Of a stretch of DNA of 64,000 bases, positions 27,814 through 38,584 are shown in pieces. Numbering within the stretch: the first letter of the stretch is position 1; each line of letters opens with the position of its first letter. Source of the DNA: an uncultured Pseudomonadota bacterium (GTDB lineage Bacteria; Pseudomonadota; Alphaproteobacteria; Acetobacterales; Acetobacteraceae); contig CAVZSZ010000004.1 in NCBI GenBank assembly GCA_963778105.1, positions 18,893-82,892 on the forward strand, given 5' to 3'. A program made the position numbers and the translations under genes. The notes beneath the pieces were generated by a model. That model worked only from the letters and a program-made list of their open reading frames with translations. It had not been told where the DNA came from and did no database searches.

Positions 27814-28674
27814 ATGACTGTCCGTTTCAGCACCGTCGACGTTGATGGTCTAAAGATGTTCTATCGTTCCGCCGGCGACCCTGGCGCTTCGGTCGTGCTT
27901 CTGCTGCACGGCTTTCCAAGCGCAAGCCACATGTTCCGCGACTTGATTCCAGAGCTGGCCGGCAAGTACTACGTGGTCGCTCCGGACCTGCCCGGCTTCG
28001 GCATGACCGAGCAGCCCGCCCGCGACGCCTTCGACTATACCTTCGAGAATATCGCCAGGGTGGTCGGCCGCTTCACTGAGATGCTCGGCTTGGAGAAGTT
28101 CGCTATCTACGTTTTCGACTACGGTGCACCGGTTGGCTTCCGTCTCGCGCTGGCGCATCCTGATCGTATCACCGCGATCGTCTCTCAGAACGGCAACACC
28201 TACCTGGAAGGCGTTTCCGAGGCCTTCGCCCCGGTCCAGGCCTATTGGAAAGACCCGACCCAGACCAACCGTGACGCCCTGCGCGGTTTCCTGTCCCCGG
28301 AGACCACCCTGTTCCAATACACCCACGGCGTGAGCGACCCGGCGCTGGTGTCGCCCGATAGCCGTAACCTCGACGACTTCTACCTGGCGCGCCCGGGCAA
28401 CGACGAGATTCAGCTAGACCTGCTCGGCGATTACAAGACCAACGTAGCCCTCTACAGCGATATCCAGGCCTATCTGCGCGACAAGCGCCCCCCGGTGTTG
28501 GCCATCTGGGGCAAGAACGACCCTTTCTTCATCCCACCGGGTGCCGAAGCCTTCAAGCGGGACGTCCCGGATGCGGAGGTCCGCTTTGTCGACAGCGGCC
28601 ATTTCGCCCTGGAGACCCACGCCAGCGAGATCGGCGCGGCCGTGCGCGGCTTCCTCGCCAAGCACATGCGCTGA
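27814..28674 (+). CDS. alpha/beta hydrolase (epoxide hydrolase / haloalkane dehalogenase-like), paralog 1
   Basis: LLLHGFPSASHMF...APDLPGFG, nucleophile elbow FDYGAP, and a C-terminal GHFALE. Confidence 0.85.
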   Translation: MTVRFSTVDVDGLKMFYRSAGDPGASVVLLLHGFPSASHMFRDLIPELAGKYYVVAPDLPGFGMTEQPARDAFDYTFENIARVVGRFTEMLGLEKFAIYVFDYGAPVGFRLALAHPDRITAIVSQNGNTYLEGVSEAFAPVQAYWKDPTQTNRDALRGFLSPETTLFQYTHGVSDPALVSPDSRNLDDFYLARPGNDEIQLDLLGDYKTNVALYSDIQAYLRDKRPPVLAIWGKNDPFFIPPGAEAFKRDVPDAEVRFVDSGHFALETHASEIGAAVRGFLAKHMR

Positions 28675-28755
28675 CCTTCGATCGCCGTCGGGCGCCACTC
28701 GCGCCGCTCGGCTTCCCTGACCTTCGAGGCTACTGAGAGCCGACGGAGACTGAGC

Positions 28756-29145
28756 ATGACCTCCATCCCGACGGATACCGTCCGTGACTTCTACGACAAG
28801 CTCTCTGGCGGCGACGGCCCCGGCGCCCTGGGCCTGATGGACCCGGACATCGAGTGGATCACCATGTGGCATTACAAGGTTAAAGGCCGCGGCCCGGGGG
28901 CCGTCGCCGAGGGCCTGTTCAAGCCCTTGACGGCAGAGTGGGCTAGATTCTCGCTCGTGCCCACGGAGTTCATCGCAGAAGGCGAGACCGTGGTGTCGCT
29001 GGGCGATTTCAAAGGAGTTCACGGCGTCACTGGCAAGACCTCCGAGGCGCGCTATGCCCACGTTTGGACGGTGAAGGACGGGAAGATCACCCGGTTCCGG
29101 CAGTACATCGATACCTTGGCGGTTGCGGAAGCTCAGCGTCCGTGA
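28756..29145 (+). CDS. SnoaL-like / ketosteroid isomerase-like NTF2-fold protein
   Basis: 129 aa with [12 protein letters not shown]...DPDIEW...[15 protein letters not shown]. Confidence 0.7.
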   Translation: MTSIPTDTVRDFYDKLSGGDGPGALGLMDPDIEWITMWHYKVKGRGPGAVAEGLFKPLTAEWARFSLVPTEFIAEGETVVSLGDFKGVHGVTGKTSEARYAHVWTVKDGKITRFRQYIDTLAVAEAQRP

Positions 29146-29218
29146 TCTGCCGCCGCCCGGCCACTCCGCCCATGTCCAGCCGGTTCCCTCATCCGCTTAC
29201 TTGCCTGAGAACCACGTC

Positions 29219-29683
29219 ATGAGTGGTCCGCCGGTGCCCCCGTTCACCGAAGAGACCGCGATCCAGAAGGTGCGGGCCGCGGAGGACGCCTGGAATACGC
29301 GCGATCCGGCGCGGGTGGTCATGGCCTACACTCCTGACAGCCGCTGGCGGAACCGGGCCGAATTTCCCAACGGCCGCGAAGAAATCCAGGCATTCCTAAC
29401 CCGTAAGTGGGGCCGGGAGCTGGACTATCGCCTGATCAAAGAGTTGTGGACCTTCGCAGCCGACCGCATCGCAGTGCGATTCGCCTACGAGTACCGTGAC
29501 GACAGCGGTCACTGGTTCCGCGCCTACGGCAACGAGAACTGGCGCTTCGACGCCGACGGCCTCATGGCCGCGCGCTTCGCCAGCATCAACGAACACCCCA
29601 TTGCGGAGGCCGAGCGGTATTTCCGCTGGCCCCTGGGTCGCCGCCCGGACGACCACCCGGGCCTTAGCGACCTCGGCCTCTGA
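29219..29683 (+). CDS. DUF1348 family (NTF2-like) protein
   Basis: [24 protein letters not shown]...[29 protein letters not shown]...YGNENWRFD is the conserved DUF1348 pattern. Confidence 0.75.
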   Translation: MSGPPVPPFTEETAIQKVRAAEDAWNTRDPARVVMAYTPDSRWRNRAEFPNGREEIQAFLTRKWGRELDYRLIKELWTFAADRIAVRFAYEYRDDSGHWFRAYGNENWRFDADGLMAARFASINEHPIAEAERYFRWPLGRRPDDHPGLSDLGL

Positions 29684-29739
29684 TGCCGGGCTCGACGGCG
29701 CGCCGACGATTTCCAACCGCAACCGAAAGGTATCCTGCC

Positions 29740-30378
29740 ATGACCAAGCTGCTCTTCGTCCAGGCTTCCCCTCGCAGGGAACAGTCCAGGTCGATCCAGG
29801 TCGCCAAACCTACCTCGATGCCCTGAAGACGACGAACCCGACGCTGGAGGTGGACGTGCTCGCCCTTTGGGAGACCGAGTTGCCGGCGTTCGACGGCGAC
29901 AAGGCCGCCGCCAAGGTCAATGTGATGCTCGGCCAGGAACAGAACGCCGTGCAGAAGACTGCCTGGGATCAGGTCGTGGGGATCGCCTCCCGCTTCATCA
30001 GCGCGGACCGCTATTTGTTCGCGGTGCCGATGTGGAACGGCGCGATTCCGTACCGGCTGAAGCACTACATCGACATCATCCACCAGCCGGGTCTCCTGTG
30101 GGGCCTGAAGCCCGATACCGGCTATTTCGGCCTGCTGGAGAACAAGCACGCCACCCTGGTGCTGACCGCCGGCGCCTATGCCGACGAGCCGCCCGTCGCC
30201 GGCCTTCGGGGTCGACCACCAATCCACCTACCTCAAGTCCTGGCTCAACCAGGCCGGCGTCACCGCCATCGACGACCTACGGTTCCAGCCGACGCTCCTG
30301 ACGGCTAACCCGCAAGGCGGCCTCGAGCAGGCCAAACGGGCCGCAGTTGATCTCGCCAAGGCGCACGGGCGCGTCTGA
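29740..30378 (+). pseudogene. azoR: FMN-dependent NADH-azoreductase, two frameshifts as assembled
   Basis: MTKLLFVQASPR...IQVAK (frame 1), then TYLDALK...DRYLFAVPMWNGAIPYRLKHYIDII...LVLTAGAYADE (frame 2), then PSPAFGVDHQSTYLKSWLNQAGV (frame 3). Confidence 0.75.
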
Positions 30379-30418
30379 CGCCAGCAGAAAGGAGTGAAGC
30401 CATGAACCACTGGAAATC

Positions 30419-31389
30419 GTGGAGCCGCGATCCTTCGACGCGGCCGCGCTCGCGGGCCCGGCAGCGGCGGCGGGTCCCATGCCTTCGACCACGGCCACGA
30501 CCACCTATCACCGCACTCAGGTCGACGGGGTCGGGATCTTCTATCGGGAGGCGGGCCCCAAGGATGCGCCCACCATCGTGCTGCTGCACGGCTTCCCGTC
30601 TTCGTCACGCGCCTTCGACACGCTGATCCCGCTGCTGGCGACGCGCTATCACGTGATCGCGCCGGATTTCCCGGGCTTCGGTCAGAGCGACGCGCCGCCG
30701 CCGTCGGCCTACGCCTACACCTTCGACCATCTGGCGCAGACCACGGACCATCTCCTCGCAGGCGCTGAAGATCGAGCAATACAGCCTTTACATCCACGAC
30801 TACGGCGCGCCGGTCGGGAATGCGGCTGATCCTGGCCCACCCCGAGCGCCTGCAGGCGCTGATCACCCAGAACGGCAATGTCTACCAGGCCGGCCTGGGC
30901 GCGAAGTGGAGCAAGATCGCCGAGTATTGGGCCGACCCAGCCGCGCACCCGGAGGTGATCGACGCCTTCCTGTCGCCGGCGGCGACCGAGCAGCGCCACA
31001 CGTTGGGAACCTCGCACCCGGAGCGCTACAATCCCGACACCTGGACGGACGAAATCGCGCACCTGTCCAAGCCCGGCCAGCGCGAGATCCAGGCGGCGCT
31101 GCTCTACGATTACCGGACCAATGTCGCCGCCTATCCCGAGTGGCAGGCGTGGCTCCGACAGCATCGGCCGCCGACCCTGGTGGCCTGGGGCGCCAATGAT
31201 CCGTCCTTCATCGCGGCGGGCGCGACGGCCTTCCGCGCCGACCTGCCGGATGCGGAGATCCACCTGCTGGACGCCGGCCATTTCCCCCTCGATGAAAAGA
31301 ACGACGAGACCGCCGCGCTGATCCTGACCTTCATGGGCAAGCACCTGCCCGCGCCCGCACCGGCCAAGCGACAGGGTCGAGACAGGTGA
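30419..31389 (+). pseudogene. alpha/beta hydrolase paralog 2, two frameshifts as assembled
   Basis: Collinear with paralog 3, but [19 protein letters not shown] lies in a different frame from both the upstream [12 protein letters not shown] and the downstream [19 protein letters not shown]. Confidence 0.8.
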
Positions 31390-31647
31390 GCGCGATCTTG
31401 AGGGGAAAGGAAGATCCGTTGCCCGGGCAACCTTCGCGGTCATGCCAGCCCGATGATGCTCAACCGATGATGCCGCCGCGCCGCCGCTGCACGGCCGCAC
31501 ATCATCGGTCGCACCCCATGGACGCACGTTCGGCGCCATCGCAAGGACCGGCGCCGCTTCGCCCCGCGCAACGGTCTCGACAGCGATCGCTCTGCGGCCT
31601 GCTCGATTCGAACATGCCTTGGCACGCTTTGGTGCAAGGAGCTTCGT

Positions 31648-32115
31648 TTGCCCTCATTGATTGCGATCTATGAACTCGCTCAGATTATCGGATCGACGGC
31701 GGTCGTCACGTCTATCGTTTTTGTCAGCCTCGAGCTTCGAAGGAACACCAGGGTGACGCGGGCGGCGTCCCACCATGCCATCACTGCTTCGCTGAATACC
31801 CTGAACATGTTCTGGGCGGGCGATGCCGAGGTGACGAGAATATGGCTCGCGGGACTGAGTGATAGAAACGCGCTGTCGCTCGAGGAGCGTTGGCGTTTCG
31901 ACTCCATCTTACGCAGCTATCTGCATGTCTGCGAGACAATGTTTGTGCAGGCGGTTCTTGGCGCCGGCGACGACGGGATCGTCACGGCGGAAGAGAACGG
32001 CATTAGGCAGATCTTTGCGTCACAGAGCGCATGTGACTGGTGGAAGGACAATCCGTTCGGGTTTTCCTCGGCTTTTCGAGATTACATCGATGGCATCATG
32101 GTCGCCTCGCGCTGA
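31648..32115 (+). CDS. hypothetical protein (one N-terminal TM helix)
   Basis: TTG start 6 nt after AAGGAG. Lower GC than its neighbours. No recognisable motif. Confidence 0.4.
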   Translation: MPSLIAIYELAQIIGSTAVVTSIVFVSLELRRNTRVTRAASHHAITASLNTLNMFWAGDAEVTRIWLAGLSDRNALSLEERWRFDSILRSYLHVCETMFVQAVLGAGDDGIVTAEENGIRQIFASQSACDWWKDNPFGFSSAFRDYIDGIMVASR

Positions 32116-32164
32116 TGCCCATGCTGCGAAACACCGGCTTTCTCGGCGCTCACAGGTGGTCTCG

Positions 32165-33013
32165 ATGAAACTCGTCAATCTCTATCGCTATCCCGTCAAA
32201 GGGCTCTCACCGGAGGCTCTTGCATATGCTGACGTAGAGACAGGTTATGGCTTCGCGTTCGACCGTCTCTATGCGATTACGGATGGTTCGTTCGTCTTTG
32301 ATAAAGCCAATCCTGTTCCCATGCCGAAGACACACTTCCTAATGCTTGCTCGCTTCGAGCGACTCGCGTTGCTGAGAACCAGGTTCAATATCGATAACCA
32401 TCATCTGGAAGTTCGGACTTCTGATTCTCAGCATATTTTCTCTCTGAAAGGAGCCGAGGGACGTAAGGCGCTAGCTGCTTTCTTAACGCGGTTTCTTGCC
32501 GAGCCCCTACGGGGAGAGGCAGAAGTCGTCCAAGCGGAAGGGCATCAGTTCACCGATATCAGCGTCCACTCCCCTGCTCTGATGCGGAGTATTTCGCTGA
32601 TAAACCTCGCGACGCTGCGCGATCTCGGCGATCATGTCAGCCGGTATCTCGATCCGCGCCGCTTTCGTGCCAATATCTATTTCGATGGTGCGGCGCCATG
32701 GTCCGAACTGGATTGGGTAGGCAAAACGCTTCAGTCAGGCAGCGTCCTGCTCAGGATCGTGCGGCGCACCCGCCGATGTCCGGCGACGAGCGTCGATCTC
32801 GAGAAAGGGGTGCGTGACCTCAACATCCCACGGAGCATACTCGGCTATCGCGGCCACGGAGATTGCGGGATCTATGCGGAAGTTCTCAGCCCTGGTCGTC
32901 TGCAGCCAGATACAAATTTTTCCTTGCGGGATGATCAGCAAGAAGTGTCCGACGGATTCGTCTCATCTGAGGCGGGGAACCAGCTTCTCGATTCACAAGG
33001 GAAATCGCAGTGA
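32165..33013 (+). CDS. MOSC domain-containing protein
   Basis: MKLVNLYRYPVKGLS (MOSC_N beta-barrel), then RRFRANIYFDG...RCPATSVD (MOSC with the conserved Cys). Confidence 0.8.
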   Translation: MKLVNLYRYPVKGLSPEALAYADVETGYGFAFDRLYAITDGSFVFDKANPVPMPKTHFLMLARFERLALLRTRFNIDNHHLEVRTSDSQHIFSLKGAEGRKALAAFLTRFLAEPLRGEAEVVQAEGHQFTDISVHSPALMRSISLINLATLRDLGDHVSRYLDPRRFRANIYFDGAAPWSELDWVGKTLQSGSVLLRIVRRTRRCPATSVDLEKGVRDLNIPRSILGYRGHGDCGIYAEVLSPGRLQPDTNFSLRDDQQEVSDGFVSSEAGNQLLDSQGKSQ

Positions 33014-33948
33014 ACCGCCTTTCAAAATACGCTATTGCCGTAGCCCTTTCTTTCAGCGCGGCACAAGCGGCGCCTCTACCTTCGACCAACGCCTCGACGA
33101 CCTATCATCGCGTGCAGGTCGATGGTGTTGGGATTTTCTACCGGGAAGCCGGCCCCGAAAACGCCCCGACCATCGTGCTTATGCATGGCTTCCCGTCGTC
33201 CTCGCGCGAATTCGACACGCTCATTCCCTTTCTCGCGACGAAATATCATCTGATCGCTCCGGACTATCCCGGCTTCGGTCTGAGCGATGCACCATTGCCG
33301 ACAAGATATGATTATACGTTCGATCATCTTGCCCAAACGATAGCTGACTTTCTCGAGAAACTGGAGGTCAAGGACTATACGATGTACCTTCACGACTACG
33401 GCGCGCCGATCGGCTTCCGCATCATTCTGGCGCACCCCGATCAACTGCATGCGCTTATCATTCAAAACGGCAACATTTACAAAGTGGGCCTCGGAGCCAA
33501 TTGGACCAAGATCGCGGAATACTGGGCAGCCCCGAAGGCCCATCCTGACGTGCTCAACGCCTTTCTCTCGTTCGACGCCACGAAGGAGCGCCACATCGCG
33601 GGCACATTCCATCCGGATCGCTACGACCCGGATAGCTGGATCGACGAGTACGCCCACCTGTTGCAGCCCGGTCAGCGCGAGATCCAAGGGAACTTGCTCT
33701 ACGACTACCAGACCAACGTCGCGTCCTACCCAAAATGGCAGGCCTGGCTCCGCGACCATCAGCCCCCGACCCTCGTGGTCTGGGGCGAGCACGACCCTTC
33801 CTTCGTCGCACCGGGTGCAGAAGCATTCAAGCGGGATCTTTCGAATGCGGAAATCCACCTGCTCGACGCCGGGCACTTCGCGCTGGACGAAAAGACGGAC
33901 GAGATTGCAGACCTGATCCTCCAGTTCATGGCCAAGCATCCCGGATGA
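33010..33948 (+). CDS. alpha/beta hydrolase paralog 3 (with signal peptide)
   Basis: Signal MNRLSKYAIAVALSFSAAQA, then [40 protein letters not shown] and GHFALDE. 4-nt overlap with the MOSC gene. Confidence 0.85.
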   Translation: MNRLSKYAIAVALSFSAAQAAPLPSTNASTTYHRVQVDGVGIFYREAGPENAPTIVLMHGFPSSSREFDTLIPFLATKYHLIAPDYPGFGLSDAPLPTRYDYTFDHLAQTIADFLEKLEVKDYTMYLHDYGAPIGFRIILAHPDQLHALIIQNGNIYKVGLGANWTKIAEYWAAPKAHPDVLNAFLSFDATKERHIAGTFHPDRYDPDSWIDEYAHLLQPGQREIQGNLLYDYQTNVASYPKWQAWLRDHQPPTLVVWGEHDPSFVAPGAEAFKRDLSNAEIHLLDAGHFALDEKTDEIADLILQFMAKHPG

Positions 33949-34087
33949 GAGCCGGGGTTGCGAGCATCGAATACGGTGTCGCGTCATTGGGAGCGTCGAA
34001 ACCAAGAACGCAACGCTGCCAGCGCGCTCAGGGGCGGAAAGGCTTGTCGAAGGTCCGGCAGCTTCAATCCGGCGGAGAAGATCCACG

Positions 34088-35482
34088 TTGTCAGGTAAAC
34101 CGAAAGATACGCCCCGCTCCGAATCTGCGGCGATAGTGGCGACAGGTGTGGCCTTCTTCATGATCGTTCTTGACACGTCGATCGTGAATTTGGCTCTCCC
34201 TCGGATCAAAGACGTCTTTCATGCGGACCTCACCGCTCTTCAGTGGCTCGTCGATGGATATGCGCTGGTTTTTGCCAGCCTGCTGCTGAACGCGGGAGCG
34301 CTGGGCGATCGCTATGGCCCCAAGCGCATATTCTCAGCGGGCTTACTCATTTTCTGTGCCGCTTCGGCCGCGTGTGGCCTGGCCCCCGACATGGCGGGCT
34401 TGCAGTGCGCTCGGGCAATGCAGGGTATTGGCGCTGCCCTACTGCTGCCGAACTCGCTCGCCGCCCTGAATCATACGGTGCAAGATCCGGAACGCAGGAA
34501 GATCGCTGTGTCAGCGTGGTCCAGCGCAGGAGCCTTCGGCGTTGCCCTGGGGCCATTAGTCGGAGGTGTGCTCGTTCAGTATCTCGACTGGCGGAGCATC
34601 TTTCTTGTGAACATCCCGGTCGGGCTGGTGGGCTTTTGGCTTGCGCGACGACACGTCGCCGTCGGTCCTCGCCAGACGCAAAGAGAGTTCGATCCAATCG
34701 GCCAGCTGCTGGCTGTCGCTACCCTCGCAGCCCTGACGTACTGGATGATCGGTTTGGGCCGGTCGCATGCGTTCTCTGCCTCCATGATCATATCGGGCGC
34801 GAGCGTCGTCGGACTTGGTGCCGCGTTCCTCTGGGTTGAGTCCCGGCAAGCGAACCCGATGCTGCCACTCGATCTTCTCTTTCGGCCTGCTCTAGGGCCG
34901 GTGGCGCTTGTCGGCCTTCTGCACAACGTTGGGGTCTATGGCCTCATTTTCGCCCTGAGCCTGACGTTTCAGGAGCTACGCGCAATGACCCCAGTCGGGG
35001 CTGGATTGCTATTTCTTCCCCTGACGCTGACCCTTGTCGCCGGAACGAGGGTGGGGGCGAAGTTTCTGCACAAATCGGATCCATTCCGACCCCAGATTTG
35101 GGGACACGCGACTTCAGCGTTGGGTGCCATCGCATTGGCCATGATAGGGTTTGATCATGGCTTGATCACGATCGCCATGCCCCTCTGTGTCATCGGCTTG
35201 GGCGCCGGCGTCACAGTACCTTCAATGAATCTCTCCGCCCTAGACTCGGTCGAGCGCGACCGCAGCGGTTTGGCGTCCGGCATCTTGAACAGCGCCCGGC
35301 AGACCGGGGGCGTCATTGGTGTCGCATTGCTGGGTGCGCTGGTCGGAGGATCGGCCACCGCGGCAGGAGCGAATTGGGCTTCTATGGCTGCAGCTATCGC
35401 GCTGGCCGGTGCATCCGCCCTTGCCGCTCGGATCGCAAGGCAGCGTCGGGTTTCAAAGGCGGCTCAGGCTGAGCTCGGTTAA
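34088..35482 (+). CDS. MFS transporter (DHA2/EmrB-type, about 14 TM)
   Basis: FMIVLDTSIVNLALPRI, WLVDGYALVFASLLL and GALGDRYGPKR are motifs of drug:H+ antiporter-2 family proteins. TTG start. Confidence 0.85.
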   Translation: MSGKPKDTPRSESAAIVATGVAFFMIVLDTSIVNLALPRIKDVFHADLTALQWLVDGYALVFASLLLNAGALGDRYGPKRIFSAGLLIFCAASAACGLAPDMAGLQCARAMQGIGAALLLPNSLAALNHTVQDPERRKIAVSAWSSAGAFGVALGPLVGGVLVQYLDWRSIFLVNIPVGLVGFWLARRHVAVGPRQTQREFDPIGQLLAVATLAALTYWMIGLGRSHAFSASMIISGASVVGLGAAFLWVESRQANPMLPLDLLFRPALGPVALVGLLHNVGVYGLIFALSLTFQELRAMTPVGAGLLFLPLTLTLVAGTRVGAKFLHKSDPFRPQIWGHATSALGAIALAMIGFDHGLITIAMPLCVIGLGAGVTVPSMNLSALDSVERDRSGLASGILNSARQTGGVIGVALLGALVGGSATAAGANWASMAAAIALAGASALAARIARQRRVSKAAQAELG

Positions 35483-35763
35483 AGGGCCCTCGGTCGACGA
35501 CGATTGATCTCGGTCTGGACGCGGACGACGTGCGACAGCGGGACCGTCGGGGCAAAGACGCCGCCGGCCTCGCGGTGGCGGATCGTTCGGCGCTGCGCCA
35601 CGGGTGCGCGCTGACTGATTACGGCAAAAACCGGCAACACGTCCTGGGCTGAAGATCGACGACGAGGGAAGCTTGTCCCTCGCAAATCCCCCGCTTGGCC
35701 CTTTCCAATTTCTGCGAGCGTTCACTAGGATCGGGAGGCGGCATTTCATATTCTGGTAGGCTC

Positions 35764-36669
35764 ATGGACCGTTTGGACGCGATGCAGGTGATGCTCACGG
35801 CGGTGGAGTGCGGCAGCCTCTCCAAGGCGAGTCGCAGGCTCGGCCAGCCGCTCGCCACCGTGAGCCGCAAGGTGTCCGAGCTTGAGAGCCACCTGAAAGC
35901 GGACCTCCTGATCCGCTCGTCAAAGGGTCTCGAACTGACGCCCGCCGGCCGCACCTTCATCACGGCGGCCAAGACCGTCCTAGAGCAGCTAAACGAGGCT
36001 GAGCGAGCCGCCACGGGTGAGTACACTGAGCCCAAGGGCGACCTGGTTGTTACCGCCCCTACCATGTTTGGCCGGCTGCATGTCCTGCCCGTCGTCGCCA
36101 CCTTCCTCACCGCTTTCCCCGAAGTGTCCGTCGAGCTGATGCTGACCGACCGCGTGACCCGCTTTCTCGACGACCAGGTCGACGTCGCTCTGCGTATCGG
36201 TGACCTGCCCGACAGCAGCCTGATCGCCACCCGCCTGGGCGTAGTCCGCCGGGTGACGTGCGCAAGCCCGGCCTATCTCGCCCTGCGCGCGGCCCCGGCC
36301 GTTCCGCAGGATCTCGTCGATCACGATGTGATCTCGTTCGAGAGCGTGTCGTCCCCCACAACCTGGCGTTATTGGTCGGAAGGAAATGAGGTCGCCGTAC
36401 CTCTCAGATCGCGCCTGAGCGTCAACACCACCGATGCGGCGATCGATGCGGGCGTGGCAGGCGCGGGGGTGATTAGGACCTTGTCGTATCAGGTCGCCAA
36501 CCATATGCGCGACAACCTGTTGCAGCTGCTGCTGGAGGGATTCGAGCCCCCTCCACGGCCGGTGCATCTGGTCTACGACAAGCGAGACCGCCTACCGCTC
36601 AAGCTGCGCGCCTTCGTCGATTTCGTCGTTCCGCGTCTTCGGGACCGGCTGGCAGGCGCCGCCATCTAG
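35764..36669 (+). CDS. LysR family transcriptional regulator
   Basis: MDRLDAMQVMLTAVECGSLSKASRRLGQPLATVSRKVSELE wHTH domain plus an effector domain. Confidence 0.9.
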   Translation: MDRLDAMQVMLTAVECGSLSKASRRLGQPLATVSRKVSELESHLKADLLIRSSKGLELTPAGRTFITAAKTVLEQLNEAERAATGEYTEPKGDLVVTAPTMFGRLHVLPVVATFLTAFPEVSVELMLTDRVTRFLDDQVDVALRIGDLPDSSLIATRLGVVRRVTCASPAYLALRAAPAVPQDLVDHDVISFESVSSPTTWRYWSEGNEVAVPLRSRLSVNTTDAAIDAGVAGAGVIRTLSYQVANHMRDNLLQLLLEGFEPPPRPVHLVYDKRDRLPLKLRAFVDFVVPRLRDRLAGAAI

Positions 36670-36769
36670 CTCCGGCCGCGCCATCTCCATCTCGGCAGGG
36701 AGCATGTTCCGAGGCCGGATATGGCGACGCAGACTGATCAATTCATCGAGTAGAAATTTCTGCTAGACG

Positions 36770-36960
36770 GGGCGGCCCATACTTCGATATGGGCGGTCTG
36801 GCGCACCTCTGGCAGCCGGCAACAGCGCGATCGTCAAGCTGCCGGACCGGTGCCGCTGTCGGCCCTGCGTCTGGCCGAGCTGATCGGCGGCCTGCTGTTT
36901 CCGGTCGTATTCGAGGGCGGACGGGAGTGTCGGAATGACCGTCCAGCAGACCGGAAACGG
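36770..36960 (+). pseudogene. aldehyde dehydrogenase internal remnant
   Basis: ALAAGNSAIVKLPD followed, in another frame, by PLSALRLAELIGGL resembles the ALDH ALAAGN..V.KP.E.TPLSAL.LAEL segment. Coordinates are approximate. Confidence 0.4.
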
Positions 36961-37009
36961 CGCTGGCGATCGGACTCACGACGGTCGGCCTGTCAATCGG
37001 CGCGCAAAA

Positions 37010-37386
37010 GGGGCTCTGACTCACTTTTGGTGGTGTCGGGTCTACACGGCGCCGATAACGCGGGCTTGGAGAAGATCGAGATTTCCGCGGCCATACATCT
37101 GGCGTTTGACGAGCTTGAGTTTCGTGATCTGCCCCTCGGTCTGACCGTTCGACCAGGGTGACGTGATGGCGGCGGCCACTGCCGCTCGGTCTTTGAGCAC
37201 GCCGTTAGCGAACGAGGCGACAAGACTGGATCGCGCCCGCTCCAGCCATGGATCGGAAACGTCCAGGGATCGCTTGCGCACCATGGCCTGGAAAGCGCCG
37301 ACGATCTCGCGTGCCTCGACCAGAGACGGCACCCCATCCTCAATCGCTGCGACCATAACCGTTTCGGACCTTGATAGCTGATCACG
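37010..37386 (-). mobile_element. ISL3-family IS remnant (transposase C-terminal part plus terminal repeat)
   Basis: WSNGQTEGQITKLKLVKRQMYGRGNLDLLQARVIG is the conserved ISL3 transposase C-terminus. GGGGCTCTGAC lies at the outer end. Coordinates are approximate. Confidence 0.7.
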
Positions 37387-37432
37387 ACCAGCCTGGCTGC
37401 TCGATCCGATCGTAGCTGCGATCCGGTCGCAT

Positions 37433-38284
37433 GTGTTTGCCGCCGAGAAGATCCATGGTGACGACACGACGGTCCCCGTGCTGGAGCCGGGCCTCGGCCG
37501 GACCAGGACCGGCAGGCTCTGGGCGTATGTGCGCGATGACCGGCTGTTTTGCGGCGGAGCGCCTCCGGCGGTCGCCTACTTCTACAGTCCCGATCGCACC
37601 GGCGCGCATCCTGCGGCGCACTTGGCGGGCTTCACGGGTCTGCTCCAAGCAGATGCCGATGCGGGGTTTGAAAAATTATATGGCCCAGCGCGCACCAAGC
37701 CGGGCCCGATCACCGAGGTGGCGTGCTGGGCGGCGCACACGCGCCGCGGATTTTTCGACGACTGGGAGCAGCATAAATCTCCAACGGCCAAGCAGGCGCT
37801 GGATCGGATTGCCGCGATTTATGCCATCGAAGCGCGCGCGGCCTTTGCTCCCATCGCCGAGCGCGTAGAACGGCGCCGCGAACTCGCCCCTCTGCTGGAC
37901 GCCTTCTTCACCTGGGCCAATGCCACGGTCGCAAAGCTGTCAGCGAAGTCTAACTTGGCCGAGGCATTCCGCTACGCGCTCAATCGGCGGGAGGCATTGT
38001 CGAGGTTTGTCACCGACGGACGGTTGGAGATCGACAACAACATTGCCGAGAACGCCATGCGTTGCATTGCCGTCGGCCGGAAGAATTACCTGTTCGCCGG
38101 TTCCAATTCGGGCGGAGAAAGAGCCGCTTCGATCTACACTATTGTCCAGACCGCGAAGCTCAACGGAGATAATCCGGAAGCCTATCTGTGCGACACGCTG
38201 GCGAAAATAGCTGCCGGGCATGCCATCAACCGGATTGATGAATTGATGCCCTGGAAATATGAGGGACCTCTGAATGCGTGTTGA
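37433..38284 (+). pseudogene. IS66-family transposase TnpC, N-terminally truncated
   Basis: DDTTVPVLEPGLGRTRTGRLWAYVRDD...ACWAAHTRRGFFD...LEIDNNIAENAMRCIAVGRKNYLFAGS..GGERAA.IYT. Confidence 0.8.
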
Positions 38285-38555
38285 GCCAGTTGAGATTTAC
38301 TCCGATACCACCAACGCAGCAGTGATGCGGCATCCAGGTCGGCGCTTTCCCGGCGTGCTTATCCAGGGCGATACCCTACACTCGCTTTGCCGACGGGCCG
38401 ACGCAATCTGCGCCGAAATGAAAGCGCTCTCCGACACTGATCACTATCAAGAAGCTAACAATCTCCGAAACGCGTTATGGAGCTACCTCTCCCACTACAA
38501 AGCCGTGCTTGGAGAACACGAAATCCCCCTGCCGTTCTCAGAAATTCCATTGTAA
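38274..38555 (+). CDS. hypothetical 93-aa protein encoded inside the IS66 right end
   Basis: ATG overlaps the tnpC stop region by 11 nt. The stop lies 29 nt before the IS terminus. No recognisable family. Confidence 0.45.
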   Translation: MRVEPVEIYSDTTNAAVMRHPGRRFPGVLIQGDTLHSLCRRADAICAEMKALSDTDHYQEANNLRNALWSYLSHYKAVLGEHEIPLPFSEIPL

Positions 38556-38584
38556 CCCCTCAACGGTGCAGGCCTGACGCTTAC

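Larger units (their letters stand above)
37400..38584 (+). mobile_element. IS66-family element, right-hand part only (5'-truncated tnpC, extra ORF, right terminal repeat)
   Basis: Ends with GGCCTGACGCTTAC, the reverse complement of GTAAGCGTCAGGCC (the GTAA-type terminus typical of IS66). Left boundary is approximate. Confidence 0.7.
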
